This document shows, piece by piece, positions 18,574-27,564 of a stretch of 64,000 nucleotides of DNA. The notes under the pieces were generated by a model, which saw nothing but the letters and a program-made list of their open reading frames with translations, searched no databases and had not been told where the DNA came from. The stretch comes from an uncultured Acidimicrobiaceae bacterium (lineage in GTDB: Bacteria; Actinomycetota; Acidimicrobiia; Acidimicrobiales; RAAP-2): contig CAVZDZ010000005.1 of the NCBI GenBank assembly GCA_963774245.1, forward strand, positions 343,480 to 407,479, written 5' to 3'. Position numbers and translations under genes: made by a program. How positions within the stretch are numbered: the first letter of the stretch is position 1; each line of letters opens with the position of its first letter.

Positions 18574-20580
18574 TTACGACTTGACGATCACCGTGAAACT
18601 CCGCTTTGCCGTCTCGGGGGTCGCGGTCGAGTCGGTTGCCTCCGCCGTGAACGTGAAGCTACCCGTGGCCGTGGGGACGCCGGTCAGCTGTCCGCCGGTT
18701 CCGAGGGTGACCCCCGTTGGCGGCGAACCCGCCGAGACCGCCCAGGTATAGGGGGCGGTCCCTCCCGTCGCGGCCAGGGTCTTCGAGTACGCCACGTTCA
18801 ACTTGGCGGTGGCGAGCTTCGTCGTCTTGACGGTCAGTGGGACGTCCGGGGCGACGGTGAGGGACTCGGCTTGAGTGGCGCTCTCGCTACCGTCGACCAC
18901 CTTGAGCGTGAACGCCGTTGTTCCCGCTCCGGTCGGGGTGCCGGTGATGGCCCCGGTCGTCTTGTCGAGCTTCAGTCCCTTGGGCAGCTTTCCCTGCGAC
19001 AAGGAGAACTTGTAGCTCGCCGGGCTGGTGCCGCCGCCCGCGTAGACGGTGTCCGAGTAGCTGGACCCCTGCGTGGCCGCGGTCAGCGGCTCATCGATGA
19101 GGCTGACCGGATAGGTGGGCGAAGCCGGCATGGTGGCGTTGCAGACCACGCCACTCGGTCCATTCGCCCATGAGTCGCAGGTCGGACCGGACTGGACGAG
19201 CCGGTCCGGCAGGATCGAGTGCATGAGTGAGGCCGCCGTCGTCACTTCCGGATACGGCTGATCGTCGATATTGACCAGGCCGAAGTCATTGTTCTCCCCG
19301 TTGGGAACGCGGCCGTTGGCCGGCTGGTCGGTGTACTGGAACCATTCGTCGCCGACCAACCAGGGCGCGTCCTCGTACAACGGAGCCAGGAAATTGGCGT
19401 AGTCCGTGGCCCGGGCCTGCTGGTTCGCCGAGACGTAGTAGATGCCGGGGTCGGTATTCGGATCCTGGGGCCCCGGAGCGATGAAGGCGTACTCGCCGAT
19501 CATCATCGGCCCGTTGAAGTAGGACGCCATGTTGGCCAGGTTGGGCTCGACGGGAAGGTAGTAGGGCCAGACCTTGTCGACAGCCTGGGCAATGCCCGGA
19601 GGGAGCGTGTAGTCCTCGACGCTGAACACGTTGACATAGGGGACGGCCGACTCGATCACCTGGGGCTGGATCTCTTGGCCCTCCGCCTTCACCCCGAGGA
19701 TCAGGTGGTTGGTGTCGTACATGCGCACCGCCGCGGTGGTCACCGAGAAGTACCGCGTGGTCACCGCGGAGATGAATCCGTTCAGGTTCCCCGCGTACTC
19801 CTGGGCCACCGCCAGCCCGGGTGAGCCGGCGGGTAGTTGCAGGTACGCCTGCTGGAGGTTCTCCCCATCGGGCAGTCCGGGTGGCCCCCATCCGGGCTCA
19901 TCGTCGGTGAAGTAGCCGATCACATTGGGGTTGTCCGCCCATTGGGGGACTTCAGACGCGGCGTCGGCGTCGGTGTCGGTGACAAACGACGAAGCGAAGA
20001 CGTCGGTTTCGATGCCCATATCCAGTTGGACGGTGAAGGGCATCTGGGTGCCGATCGTGGTGTCGTCCGAGTAGTCGCCGATGTTATTGAAGCCCCACGA
20101 CCGCAGCCGGGCCAGGGTGGCCGTGCCCCAGGCCGCCGTGCTCGGGTAGTCGGCGGCCACGGTTTGGGCGTAGGGGCTCTGTCCGGTCACCTGGTCGACA
20201 TCGCCGGCGGCCGAAACATGGTCGACCCCGTCGGCGTAGAAGGGCTGTCCGGTGGGCGTGACCAACCACCAGCGGCCGTCAGCCTGACCGGTGGCGAAGT
20301 AGCCGGTCGCCGGGAAGGTGATGGGGCCGGTGGTCTTCTTGGCCGACAGCTGCATCTCCTTGGGGGTCCTGACCTTCCCCGCCTTGGTCACGGCCGGAAT
20401 GGTCACGGCGAACTTGGCCGCGGCAGCCTCGTCGGCGCTGACCGAGGGAACCTTGGTCGAAGTGGTGACCGCCCCGGCGCCGACCGCGGGCGGGACGAAT
20501 GCGCTGCTGAGGAGCGCCGCCGCCGCCACCAGGGCCGCGCCCGTGCCCATCCGAATTTGAACTTTCCGACCCAATGCCAT
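18574..20580 (-). CDS. Secreted glycoside-hydrolase-like protein with two C-terminal Ig-like ('putative Ig'/cadherin-like) domains
   Basis: Intact 668-aa ORF. Signal peptide MALGRKVQIRMGTGAALVAAAALLSSAFVPPAVGAGA. Core motifs FTDDEPGWG, MIGEYAF, WFQYTDQPANGRVPNGENNDFGLVNIDDQPY, a pattern I associate with clan GH-A TIM-barrel glycosidases (family unresolved). Two ~90-aa repeats: ..SYKFSLSQGKLPKGLKLDKTTGAITGTPTGAGTTAFTLKVVD and ..APYTWAVSAGSPPTGVTLGTGGQLTGVPTATGSFTFTAEATD. Confidence 0.6.
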   Translation of the reverse strand: MALGRKVQIRMGTGAALVAAAALLSSAFVPPAVGAGAVTTSTKVPSVSADEAAAAKFAVTIPAVTKAGKVRTPKEMQLSAKKTTGPITFPATGYFATGQADGRWWLVTPTGQPFYADGVDHVSAAGDVDQVTGQSPYAQTVAADYPSTAAWGTATLARLRSWGFNNIGDYSDDTTIGTQMPFTVQLDMGIETDVFASSFVTDTDADAASEVPQWADNPNVIGYFTDDEPGWGPPGLPDGENLQQAYLQLPAGSPGLAVAQEYAGNLNGFISAVTTRYFSVTTAAVRMYDTNHLILGVKAEGQEIQPQVIESAVPYVNVFSVEDYTLPPGIAQAVDKVWPYYLPVEPNLANMASYFNGPMMIGEYAFIAPGPQDPNTDPGIYYVSANQQARATDYANFLAPLYEDAPWLVGDEWFQYTDQPANGRVPNGENNDFGLVNIDDQPYPEVTTAASLMHSILPDRLVQSGPTCDSWANGPSGVVCNATMPASPTYPVSLIDEPLTAATQGSSYSDTVYAGGGTSPASYKFSLSQGKLPKGLKLDKTTGAITGTPTGAGTTAFTLKVVDGSESATQAESLTVAPDVPLTVKTTKLATAKLNVAYSKTLAATGGTAPYTWAVSAGSPPTGVTLGTGGQLTGVPTATGSFTFTAEATDSTATPETAKRSFTVIVKS

Positions 20581-20950
20581 GAGTACCCCTCCATCCGCGT
20601 GCCGCCCACACTACCGATCGGTCACCCCGGATGTCACTTTCTCGGCTGGGGAGGACAGTTGAGGGCCCTATTCGCCCGTTCGAGGGTCGATCCGGCCGGA
20701 CCTGAACAGCGGCGGCATCCGGTTGCTTGGTTTGCCGAGGTCAGCGGCGTGGGGGGCGATTCCCCGGGGGAGCGGCCAGGGACGGATGGGTTAGGGTGGC
20801 CCGGCCCGGGTTGATCGGTCCCGGGCCGGCAGATGCGATCCAGCCAGGGATCTCTCCGTCGATGTCGCCTGGATCGGGATGCCGGTTTGCGCCAAAGTAC
20901 CTGGCTGCGGGAGTATTTGACTTCTATGTGCCTGATCGCCTTGGTAATTC

Positions 20951-22339
20951 ATGCCTAGCTTCGGGCTCAGAAGGCACAAGATCAAGGGTCCGAAGACCCC
21001 GCCGCCGGTTCCTGAACGGATCGCCCCCCGCCCCCCGGGCCCGGGCGGCCTCCGGATCGCCTTTCTGGTCTACCGGGGCAATCCCCGCTGTGGGGGCCAG
21101 GGTGTGTACACCCGGCACCTGACCCGTGAGCTGGTGGCCCTCGGCCACTCGGTCGAGGTCTTCGCCGGGCAGCCGTGGCCGGAGGTCGACGAGGGAGTCG
21201 GCTTCACGCCGGTGCCCAGCCTCGACCTCTACCGCGATCCCGACCCGTTCCGGATCCCCCGGCCCGGCGAGTTCCGAAACTCCTACCCGACCTCGGTCGC
21301 CGCCCTCGAGTTCGGCGTGATGTGCACGGCCGGCTTCCCCGAGCCGTGGACGTTCAGCCTGCGGGCCCGCCGCCTGCTGGCCGCCCGGCGGCACGAGTTC
21401 GACCTGGTCCACGACAACCAGTGCCTGGGCAACGGCATCCTCGGCATGATCGACGACGGCTGGCCGCTCCTCACCACCCTCCACCACCCGATCACCGTCG
21501 ACCGCCAGCTCGCCCTCAGCCACGCCACCAACCCGTGGCAGCAGTTCACCCAACGTCGATGGTTCGGGTTCCTGCGGATGCAGGTCAAGGTGGCCCGGGC
21601 CCTGACCCGGGTGGTCACCGTCTCCGAGTCGTCGAAGCGGGACATCGCCTCGCAGATGCAGGTCGATGTGGACCGGATGACCGTGGTGCCGGTGGGAGTG
21701 GACCACACCGTGTTCCGCCCTCGCGACGAGGTGTCGCCGGTGCCCGGTCGGATCATGGTCACCTCGTCCTCCGACGTGCCGATGAAGGGCCTGGTCCCGC
21801 TGCTCGAGGCCGTGGCCAAGCTGCGCACCGAGCGGGACATCGAGCTGGTGGTCATCGGCAATCCACGGCCGGAGGGGCGGGTGGCCAAGGCCATCGAACG
21901 CCTCGACCTGGCCCCCATCGTCCGCTGCGTGTCGGGGATCAGCGACGACGACCTGGCTCGCAACTACGCCCAGGCCCAGGTGGCGGTGGTGCCCTCGCTG
22001 TACGAGGGGTTCTCGCTGCCGGCCATCGAGGCCATGGCCTGTGGGGTGGCCCTCGTGGCCACCACCGGCGGGGCGCTCCCCGAGGTGGTCGGCACCAACG
22101 GGGTGACCGGCCTGCTGGTGCCGCCCGACGACCCGGGGGCGCTGGCCGCGGCCATCGGCCTGCTCCTCGACGACGACGAGCTGCGGGCCCGGTTGGGCGC
22201 CGCCGGGCGCGAACGGGTGCTCGGACGCTTCACCTGGCAGGTGACGGCGGCGGGAACCGCAGACGAGTACCGGAGGTTGCTGGCCGATCCGGCCCCCTCC
22301 CCGCACCAACCCGAACTCACGGAGACTTCACCATGCTGA
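20951..22339 (+). CDS. Glycosyltransferase family 4 (GT-B fold)
   Basis: Intact 462-aa ORF. Motifs: RIAFLVYRGNPRCGGQGVYTRHLTRELVALGHSVEVF; SLYEGFSLPAIEAMACGVALVATTGGALPEVV (the E-x7-E region). Confidence 0.85.
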   Translation: MPSFGLRRHKIKGPKTPPPVPERIAPRPPGPGGLRIAFLVYRGNPRCGGQGVYTRHLTRELVALGHSVEVFAGQPWPEVDEGVGFTPVPSLDLYRDPDPFRIPRPGEFRNSYPTSVAALEFGVMCTAGFPEPWTFSLRARRLLAARRHEFDLVHDNQCLGNGILGMIDDGWPLLTTLHHPITVDRQLALSHATNPWQQFTQRRWFGFLRMQVKVARALTRVVTVSESSKRDIASQMQVDVDRMTVVPVGVDHTVFRPRDEVSPVPGRIMVTSSSDVPMKGLVPLLEAVAKLRTERDIELVVIGNPRPEGRVAKAIERLDLAPIVRCVSGISDDDLARNYAQAQVAVVPSLYEGFSLPAIEAMACGVALVATTGGALPEVVGTNGVTGLLVPPDDPGALAAAIGLLLDDDELRARLGAAGRERVLGRFTWQVTAAGTADEYRRLLADPAPSPHQPELTETSPC

Positions 22340-23084
22340 CCGTTGACTACGCCAAACTCGGGGTTCAGGCGGGCGACCGCCTCCTCGACCTCGGGTGCGG
22401 GTTCGGCCGCCACTCCTATCAGGCGGCGCGGCTCGGTGCCGCGGTGGTGTCCTTCGACGCCAGCTGGGACGAGGTCCGCAATGTGCAGGACACCTTCGGC
22501 GCCATGCTGGTGGCCGGGGAGTTGGCGGCCGGCGACCCGAGGGTGGGATCGACCCAGGGTGATGCCCTCCAGCTGCCCTTCGCCGACGGCTCCTTCGACC
22601 GGGTCATCGCGTCCGAGGTCCTGGAGCACATCCCCGACGACGAGTCGGCCATGGCCGAGCTCGCCCGGGTGCTCCGCCCCGGTGGCACCATGGCCGTGAC
22701 CGTGCCCCGCTGCGGGCCCGAGTTCATCAACTGGGCCCTGTCCGACGAGTACCACAACGTGCCCGGTGGCCACGTGCGGATCTACCGCCAGAGCCAACTG
22801 GTCGGGCGCCTCCAGGGGACCGGCCTGAAAGCGGTCGGGCAGCCACCACGCCCACGGGCTCCACGCCCCCTACTGGTGGCTGCGCTGCCTGGTGGGGCCG
22901 ACCAACGACGCCCATCCCGCCGTGTCCACCTACCACCGCCTGCTGGTGTGGGACATCGAGAAGGCTCCGAAGGTGACCCGTTACGCCGACCGGGTGCTCA
23001 ACCCCCTGGTGGGGAAGAGCCTGGTCGTCTACCTGGAGAAGCCCTGGTCACGCGGACGAGATCCGCCACGAGGAGGTTGCATGA
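22333..23084 (+). CDS. Class I SAM-dependent methyltransferase (Methyltransf_11 type); +1 frame change at ~22838 and probably another at ~23038 as assembled
   Basis: ATG 22333 overlaps the GT4 stop. MLTVDYAKLGVQAGDRLLDLGCGFGRHSYQAARLGAAVVSFD..DALQLPFADGSFDRVIASEVLEHIPDD..LRPGGTMAVTVP comes from the frame of ORF 21175..23682. It continues HHAHGLHAPYWWLRCLVG..LVGKSLVVYLEKP in the frame of ORF 22892..24184. The 3' end is inferred: a TGA at 23082 would form ATGA with the next start. Confidence 0.7.
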
Positions 23085-24184
23085 GGTCCCTACCCGAAGT
23101 GCCCGGGGTGATGACCTCGGCCCAGGTGCTGGCGACCGCCCAGTCCATCGCCGGCCTGCAGCGGCCCGACGGCATGATCGAGTGGTATCCCGGGGGTCAC
23201 TGCGACCCGTGGAACCACGTCGAGGCGGCCATGGCCCTCACCGCGGTGGGCATGGACGACGAGGCCGACCGCGCCTATCAGTGGCTGGTCGACACCCAGC
23301 TGCCCGACGGCAGCTGGTTCAACTACTACCTGGCCACCGGCATCGAGGACCCGCGACTCGACACCAACGTCTGCGCCTACCTGGCCACCGGCGCCTGGCA
23401 CCGCTACATCTCCACCGGCGAGCTCGACGGCCTCGAAAAGCTGTGGCCCGCCCTGTCGGCCGGGGTCGACTTCGTGCTGCGGTGGCAGCGGCCCGACGGC
23501 TCCATCCACTGGTCGCTCGACTCCTCGGGGTTCCTCGAGGAGTACGCGCTCCTGACCGGTTCGTCCTCGATCTACCACAGCCTGCGGTGCGCCATCGCCT
23601 GCGCCGACCGGCTGGGCCACGAGCGTCCCGACTGGGAGCTGGCCGCCGGTCGCCTGGCCCACGCCATCGCCCACCAGCCTGACGCGTTCGCCCCCAAGGT
23701 GGAGTTCGCCATGGACTGGTACTACCCGGTGCTGGCCGGCGCGCTCACCGGTGAGGCGGCGCGCCGCCGCATCGACGGCTCGTGGTCGACCTTCGTGATG
23801 GAGGGTCGCGGCGTCCGCTGTGTGTCCACCGGCGAGTGGGTGACCGCGGCCGAGACCGCCGAGTGCGTCCTGTCCCTCGACGCCCTGGGCATGGACGACG
23901 CGGCCATGCGCCTGTTCACCTGGGTCCAGGCGCTGCGCAACGAGGACGGCTCCTACTGGACCGGCATGGTCTACCCGGAAGAGGCCACCTATCCACCCCT
24001 GGAGCGGTCGTCGTACACGGCTGGCGCCATGGTGCTGGCGGCCGACGCCCTGAGCCGGACCACCCCGGCGTCGGGCCTGTTCCGGGGCGAGGGGCTGCCG
24101 AGCCATCTCGACCTGACCGAGCCCGCTCCGGAGGCTCCCGTCGAGGCGGCGCTGCGCGCCCCCGGCTCGCCCGGCACGGCCTGA
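23081..24184 (+). CDS. Prenyltransferase / squalene-cyclase-like (alpha/alpha)6-barrel repeat protein
   Basis: ATG 23081 is preceded by AGGAGG (23071..23076). Repeated QW-like units: LQRPDGMIEWYPGGHCDPWNHVEAAMAL, TQLPDGSWFNYY, WQRPDGSIHWS, RNEDGSYWTG. The reading frame is intact. Confidence 0.7.
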   Translation: MRSLPEVPGVMTSAQVLATAQSIAGLQRPDGMIEWYPGGHCDPWNHVEAAMALTAVGMDDEADRAYQWLVDTQLPDGSWFNYYLATGIEDPRLDTNVCAYLATGAWHRYISTGELDGLEKLWPALSAGVDFVLRWQRPDGSIHWSLDSSGFLEEYALLTGSSSIYHSLRCAIACADRLGHERPDWELAAGRLAHAIAHQPDAFAPKVEFAMDWYYPVLAGALTGEAARRRIDGSWSTFVMEGRGVRCVSTGEWVTAAETAECVLSLDALGMDDAAMRLFTWVQALRNEDGSYWTGMVYPEEATYPPLERSSYTAGAMVLAADALSRTTPASGLFRGEGLPSHLDLTEPAPEAPVEAALRAPGSPGTA

Positions 24185-24269
24185 TCGGCGGTAGCTCCGC
24201 CGCGGGCCGCCGAAGGCTGAGCCCGGTGGCGGAGGATGGTTGCTCGCCGTCCGTGGACTCAGCGGCGGG

Positions 24270-25668
24270 TCATGGGTGCAGATGACGATCGTGATGGTGG
24301 AACAGCTCGGCGCCCTCGACCATGGCGAGCAGTCCCACCTCGCTACCGTCGGGGGCCGGCATGGTCGCCTCGGCGGACCAGGGACCGTGGGCCAGCTGAT
24401 GGGACCAGTCGCTCGTGTCCCACAACCGGTTGTGCTCCTCGAAGGGATCGGAAACCAGGTCGAACTCCTCGAAGGCGAAGAGCCGGTCCTGGTGGACGGC
24501 GAGCACGGGGGACCCGAGGAGCTGGGCTCCGAACTCCAGCAGGCGGTCGCGCTCCGGCATCGTGGAGGCTCCGGCCGCCAGCTGCAGCGAGGTGATGATG
24601 AGCTTGCGAGGGGTGCTTGAGGAAGGACCGGATGAGGGGGCCGTCGGCCAGTTCTCCGAGCATCCGCTCGTTGCGCTCGAGGTCGGCCGGGGTCATGTGC
24701 TTGTGATGGCCGCGGTACGTTGAGGCGGAACCGGTCCCTCAGGTAGAGGTACCGCTGGTCCTCGGCCACCAGGGTGCGCGGCCCGACCTGTTCGGCGGGC
24801 CGGCCGTCCACCTCGGGGAGCGGTCCCACCCCGGCCAGGTCCAGCAACGTCGGCACCACGTCCGTGGTGGAGAGCACCTGGGATCCGAGCGCGTCGGCCA
24901 GCGCCTTGGCGTCGCGCCTCGGGGAGCGACGACGGCAGGTCGAAGTAGAGCGGCACCCGCAACAGGTCCTGGTGGAGCCGGCCCCCGTGGTGGACCCGTC
25001 CCAACTCGTAGTCGAAGCCCTCGCCGTGGTCCGAGGTGACCGCGGTGACGAAGTCGTCGCGCTCGCGGACCACGTCCAGGACGGCTTCGACCTTGGCCTT
25101 CTGGGCGGCGATGCAGGTGGCGTAGGCGGCGGCCGCCGCGGCCCGGTCGGCCGCCGTGGTGTCCCTCCAGCTGATGACCCGATCCCCGAGCACCGGCGGG
25201 CTGCCGGGCGGCAGGTAGCGGGTGGTCACCGGCTCGCAGTAGTCGTGCACGATGTTCGAGTGGAGGAGGATGAACGAGGGCCGCTTCGGGCCGGCCCGCC
25301 GGATGGCCCGCAGGGTCCGTTTGAACGGCACCTCGTGATCGAGGCTCATCTTCCAACGGTCGAAGCCGGATTCGACCCCCGAACCGGGGGAGATGGCCCC
25401 GTTGTTGACGGTCCCCACCTTGCGGTAGCCGTCGGGGAGTGCGGCCAGCAGCCGGTTGGCGTCGAGCGGCCGATCGCGCCAGAAATGGCGGTGGCGGTAG
25501 GCGGCCACACCGGTGACGATGGACGTGACACGACGGCAGGGTCCACGGAGCCGAGCTCATACAGGTCGCGGCCTGGAGCGTCCGGTCGGGTCGGGCCAGA
25601 CCGGCGCCGATGCCGTCTTCCCGGAGGTCATCCAGAATGATCAGCAGGATGTTCGGTGCTGTCGGCAC
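24270..25668 (-). CDS. Sulfatase-like hydrolase/transferase (alkaline-phosphatase superfamily); four +1 frame changes as assembled
   Basis: Five fragments were joined. (1) VPTAPNILLIILDDLR..SSAPWTLPS (frame of ORF 24739..26274). (2) AAYRHRHFW..ILLHSNIVHDY..VTSDHGEGFDYELGRVHHGGRLHQDLLRVPLYFDLP (24693..25508). (3) STTDVVPTLLDLAGV (23090..24877). (4) ORF 24343..24696. (5) ORF 24270..24560. The GTG 25668 start is provisional. Confidence 0.65.
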
Positions 25669-25784
25669 TGTCCCCCAGTGTCTCGCTTCCTCGCCGGTGC
25701 GGTGGCTCCCACCCGTGACTACGGGCGTCAGGTTAGACGGTGCCGGTGAGGCTCGAGCACGCCACCCGTCGGGTCGGTAGGGGC

Positions 25785-26453
25785 TCAGAGTCGCCGCAGC
25801 ACCCGCAGCGAGCCGCACTCGCCGTCCTCCACGAACTCGCCCGAGTCGAGGGCGGCCCGCCAGATGTCGTACGGCGGCCGGCCACCGTCGGCCGGGTCGG
25901 GGAACACGTCGTGGATGGCCAGCCACCCGTCCTCGACCACCTTCGGCGCCCATCCCCGGTAGTCGGCCCACGCCGGCTCCTCGCCGTGCCCGCCGTCGAT
26001 GAAGCAGAAGGCGAGGGGCGTGACCCAGTGGGTGGCCACCGTCCTCGAATCGCCCACGATGCCCATCACCGATGCCTCGAGGTCGGCCCCGACCACGGTG
26101 CGGCGCCAGTGGGGGAGGGTGTCGATCCGACCGGTGTCGGGATCCACCAGGCCCTGGTCGTGGTGTTCCCAGCCGGCCTGGTTCTCTTCGGACCCGTGGT
26201 GGTGGTCGAGGCTGAACAGGCAGGCTCCGGTCTCCTCGGCGGCGGCGCCGACGTAGACGGTCGACTTGCCGCACCAGGCCCCGATCTCCATGAAGGTGGC
26301 GTCGGCGAAGGTCGCACCGGCCCGGAGGGCGGCCAGGTACAGGGCCTCGCCCTCGGCGTCGGGCATGAAGCCGGTGGCCGCCCGGGCCAGCGCCAGCAGG
26401 TGGTCGCGCCGATCGACCCGATCGGTGGGGTTAGCGACGGGCGGAGTGTCCAT
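25785..26453 (-). CDS. Class I SAM-dependent methyltransferase (Methyltransf_24-like)
   Basis: Intact 222-aa ORF. Motifs: FMEIGAWCGKSTVYVGAAA, FCFIDGGHGEEPAWADY, GWLAIHDVF. Same general type as the gene at 8730. Confidence 0.7.
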   Translation of the reverse strand: MDTPPVANPTDRVDRRDHLLALARAATGFMPDAEGEALYLAALRAGATFADATFMEIGAWCGKSTVYVGAAAEETGACLFSLDHHHGSEENQAGWEHHDQGLVDPDTGRIDTLPHWRRTVVGADLEASVMGIVGDSRTVATHWVTPLAFCFIDGGHGEEPAWADYRGWAPKVVEDGWLAIHDVFPDPADGGRPPYDIWRAALDSGEFVEDGECGSLRVLRRL

Positions 26454-27425
26454 CGCTCCAGACTGTCACGATCCTGTCGTCCCCAGCGTCGTCCAGCGAC
26501 AGTCCGTAGATCAGATCGCCATTGGCGTCCACGTCGAAGATCTCGATCCCGTCCTCGACGTGGGGAGCATCGGCATCGAGGGCGACGGCGATCTTGTTGA
26601 GCGCGTTGCGGGCCACGTCGAGGACCAGCTCGACCCGCTGGGCGTCGCTGGTCTGCTGCTCGAGGGCGAGGATCATCCCGGCGTCGAGGCGGGCCGGGGT
26701 CCAGACCATGGCGTCGGCGAAGGCCAGCGCGGCCTTGGCCCGTGGGTCGAGGTCGCTGTGGCGGTGGTCGTCCACCGCGGCGAAGTCCGGCATCCCCGGC
26801 CCCGGCCAGCAGGGCCGGCCGGCTCCGCAGCGACTGGCAGATGCGGCACCGGTGTTGGCGGGCTCCCCGCAGCCGGACCAGCTCGGTGGTGAGCGGGTCG
26901 AGGGCGTCGAGTCGCGGCACGGTGCGGATGAGCCCGTCGACCGCCACCCAGATGCCGCCCTCGGCCGGTGCGGGCGGCGGACCGACCGCTCCGCCGGCAC
27001 CGAAGAGGGCATCGAGCGACGCCCACACCCGGGGCAGGAAGTCCATCACGTAGATGATCGGCGCCACCACCCCGGCCTGCGTGGCGAAACTCCGGAGGAA
27101 GTCGTCCCGCTCGGCCTCGGTGATCGACCCCACGTCGAGACTGAACTGCTCGGCGAAACGGAGGCCGGCCCGTTCGGCGTCGGTGAGGTCGGGTCGCGAG
27201 CGCCAGTCATCGCCGGACGCCGTCGACCACCGGTCGGGGACGGCTGGGGCTGGAGGGGTGAGCGGGGCCAGCCCGAGCGTCGACCCGCACACCCGGCCGA
27301 TCAGCTCGGTGAGGTCGAGCAGCCCGATGGCTCGCGGCCTGGTCCCAGGCGGTCACCTCGAAGACCCGGAGGGCCCGAGCGGCGTCGGGCGCCACCCGCT
27401 CCAGTGTGTCGCGGCCGTTGCTCAT
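26431..27425 (-). CDS. Carboxymuconolactone decarboxylase (AhpD-like) family protein with CxxC; two +1 frame changes as assembled
   Basis: MSNGRDTLERVAPDAARALRVFEV (frame of 27207..27689). Then DLTDAERAGLRFAEQFS..LVRLRGARQHRCRICQSLRS (26066..27292). Then DLDPRAKAALAFADAMVWTP (26431..27012). Its 3' end overlaps the start of the methyltransferase at 26453. Confidence 0.6.
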
Positions 27426-27564
27426 CTCACCGGCGATGCTAGGCCGTCGGCGGTGTCGCTCCCGCCTCGGGCCGGGGGGGCCGCCGCCGAGGATGGAACA
27501 CGGTCCGCCGGTAGATTGCACGCCCGGACCCCGGCCCTCGGTGGCACTACTGTCCGGGGGCACC

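Noticed and set aside
21175-23682. 835-aa plus-strand ORF spanning GT4, the methyltransferase and part of the prenyltransferase-like gene.
   Set aside because: It is mostly an out-of-frame read-through (RRPAR-type low complexity). Only residues ~387-555 (MLTVDYAKL..LKAVGQ) are real, and they belong to the methyltransferase.
22892-24184. Apparent fusion of the methyltransferase C-terminus with the prenyltransferase-like protein in one 430-aa ORF.
   Set aside because: An internal ATG at 23081 has a perfect AGGAGG 4 nt upstream. A TGA in the +1 frame would give the usual ATGA coupling. Given the +1 error pattern, the fusion is most likely created by an inserted base near 23038.
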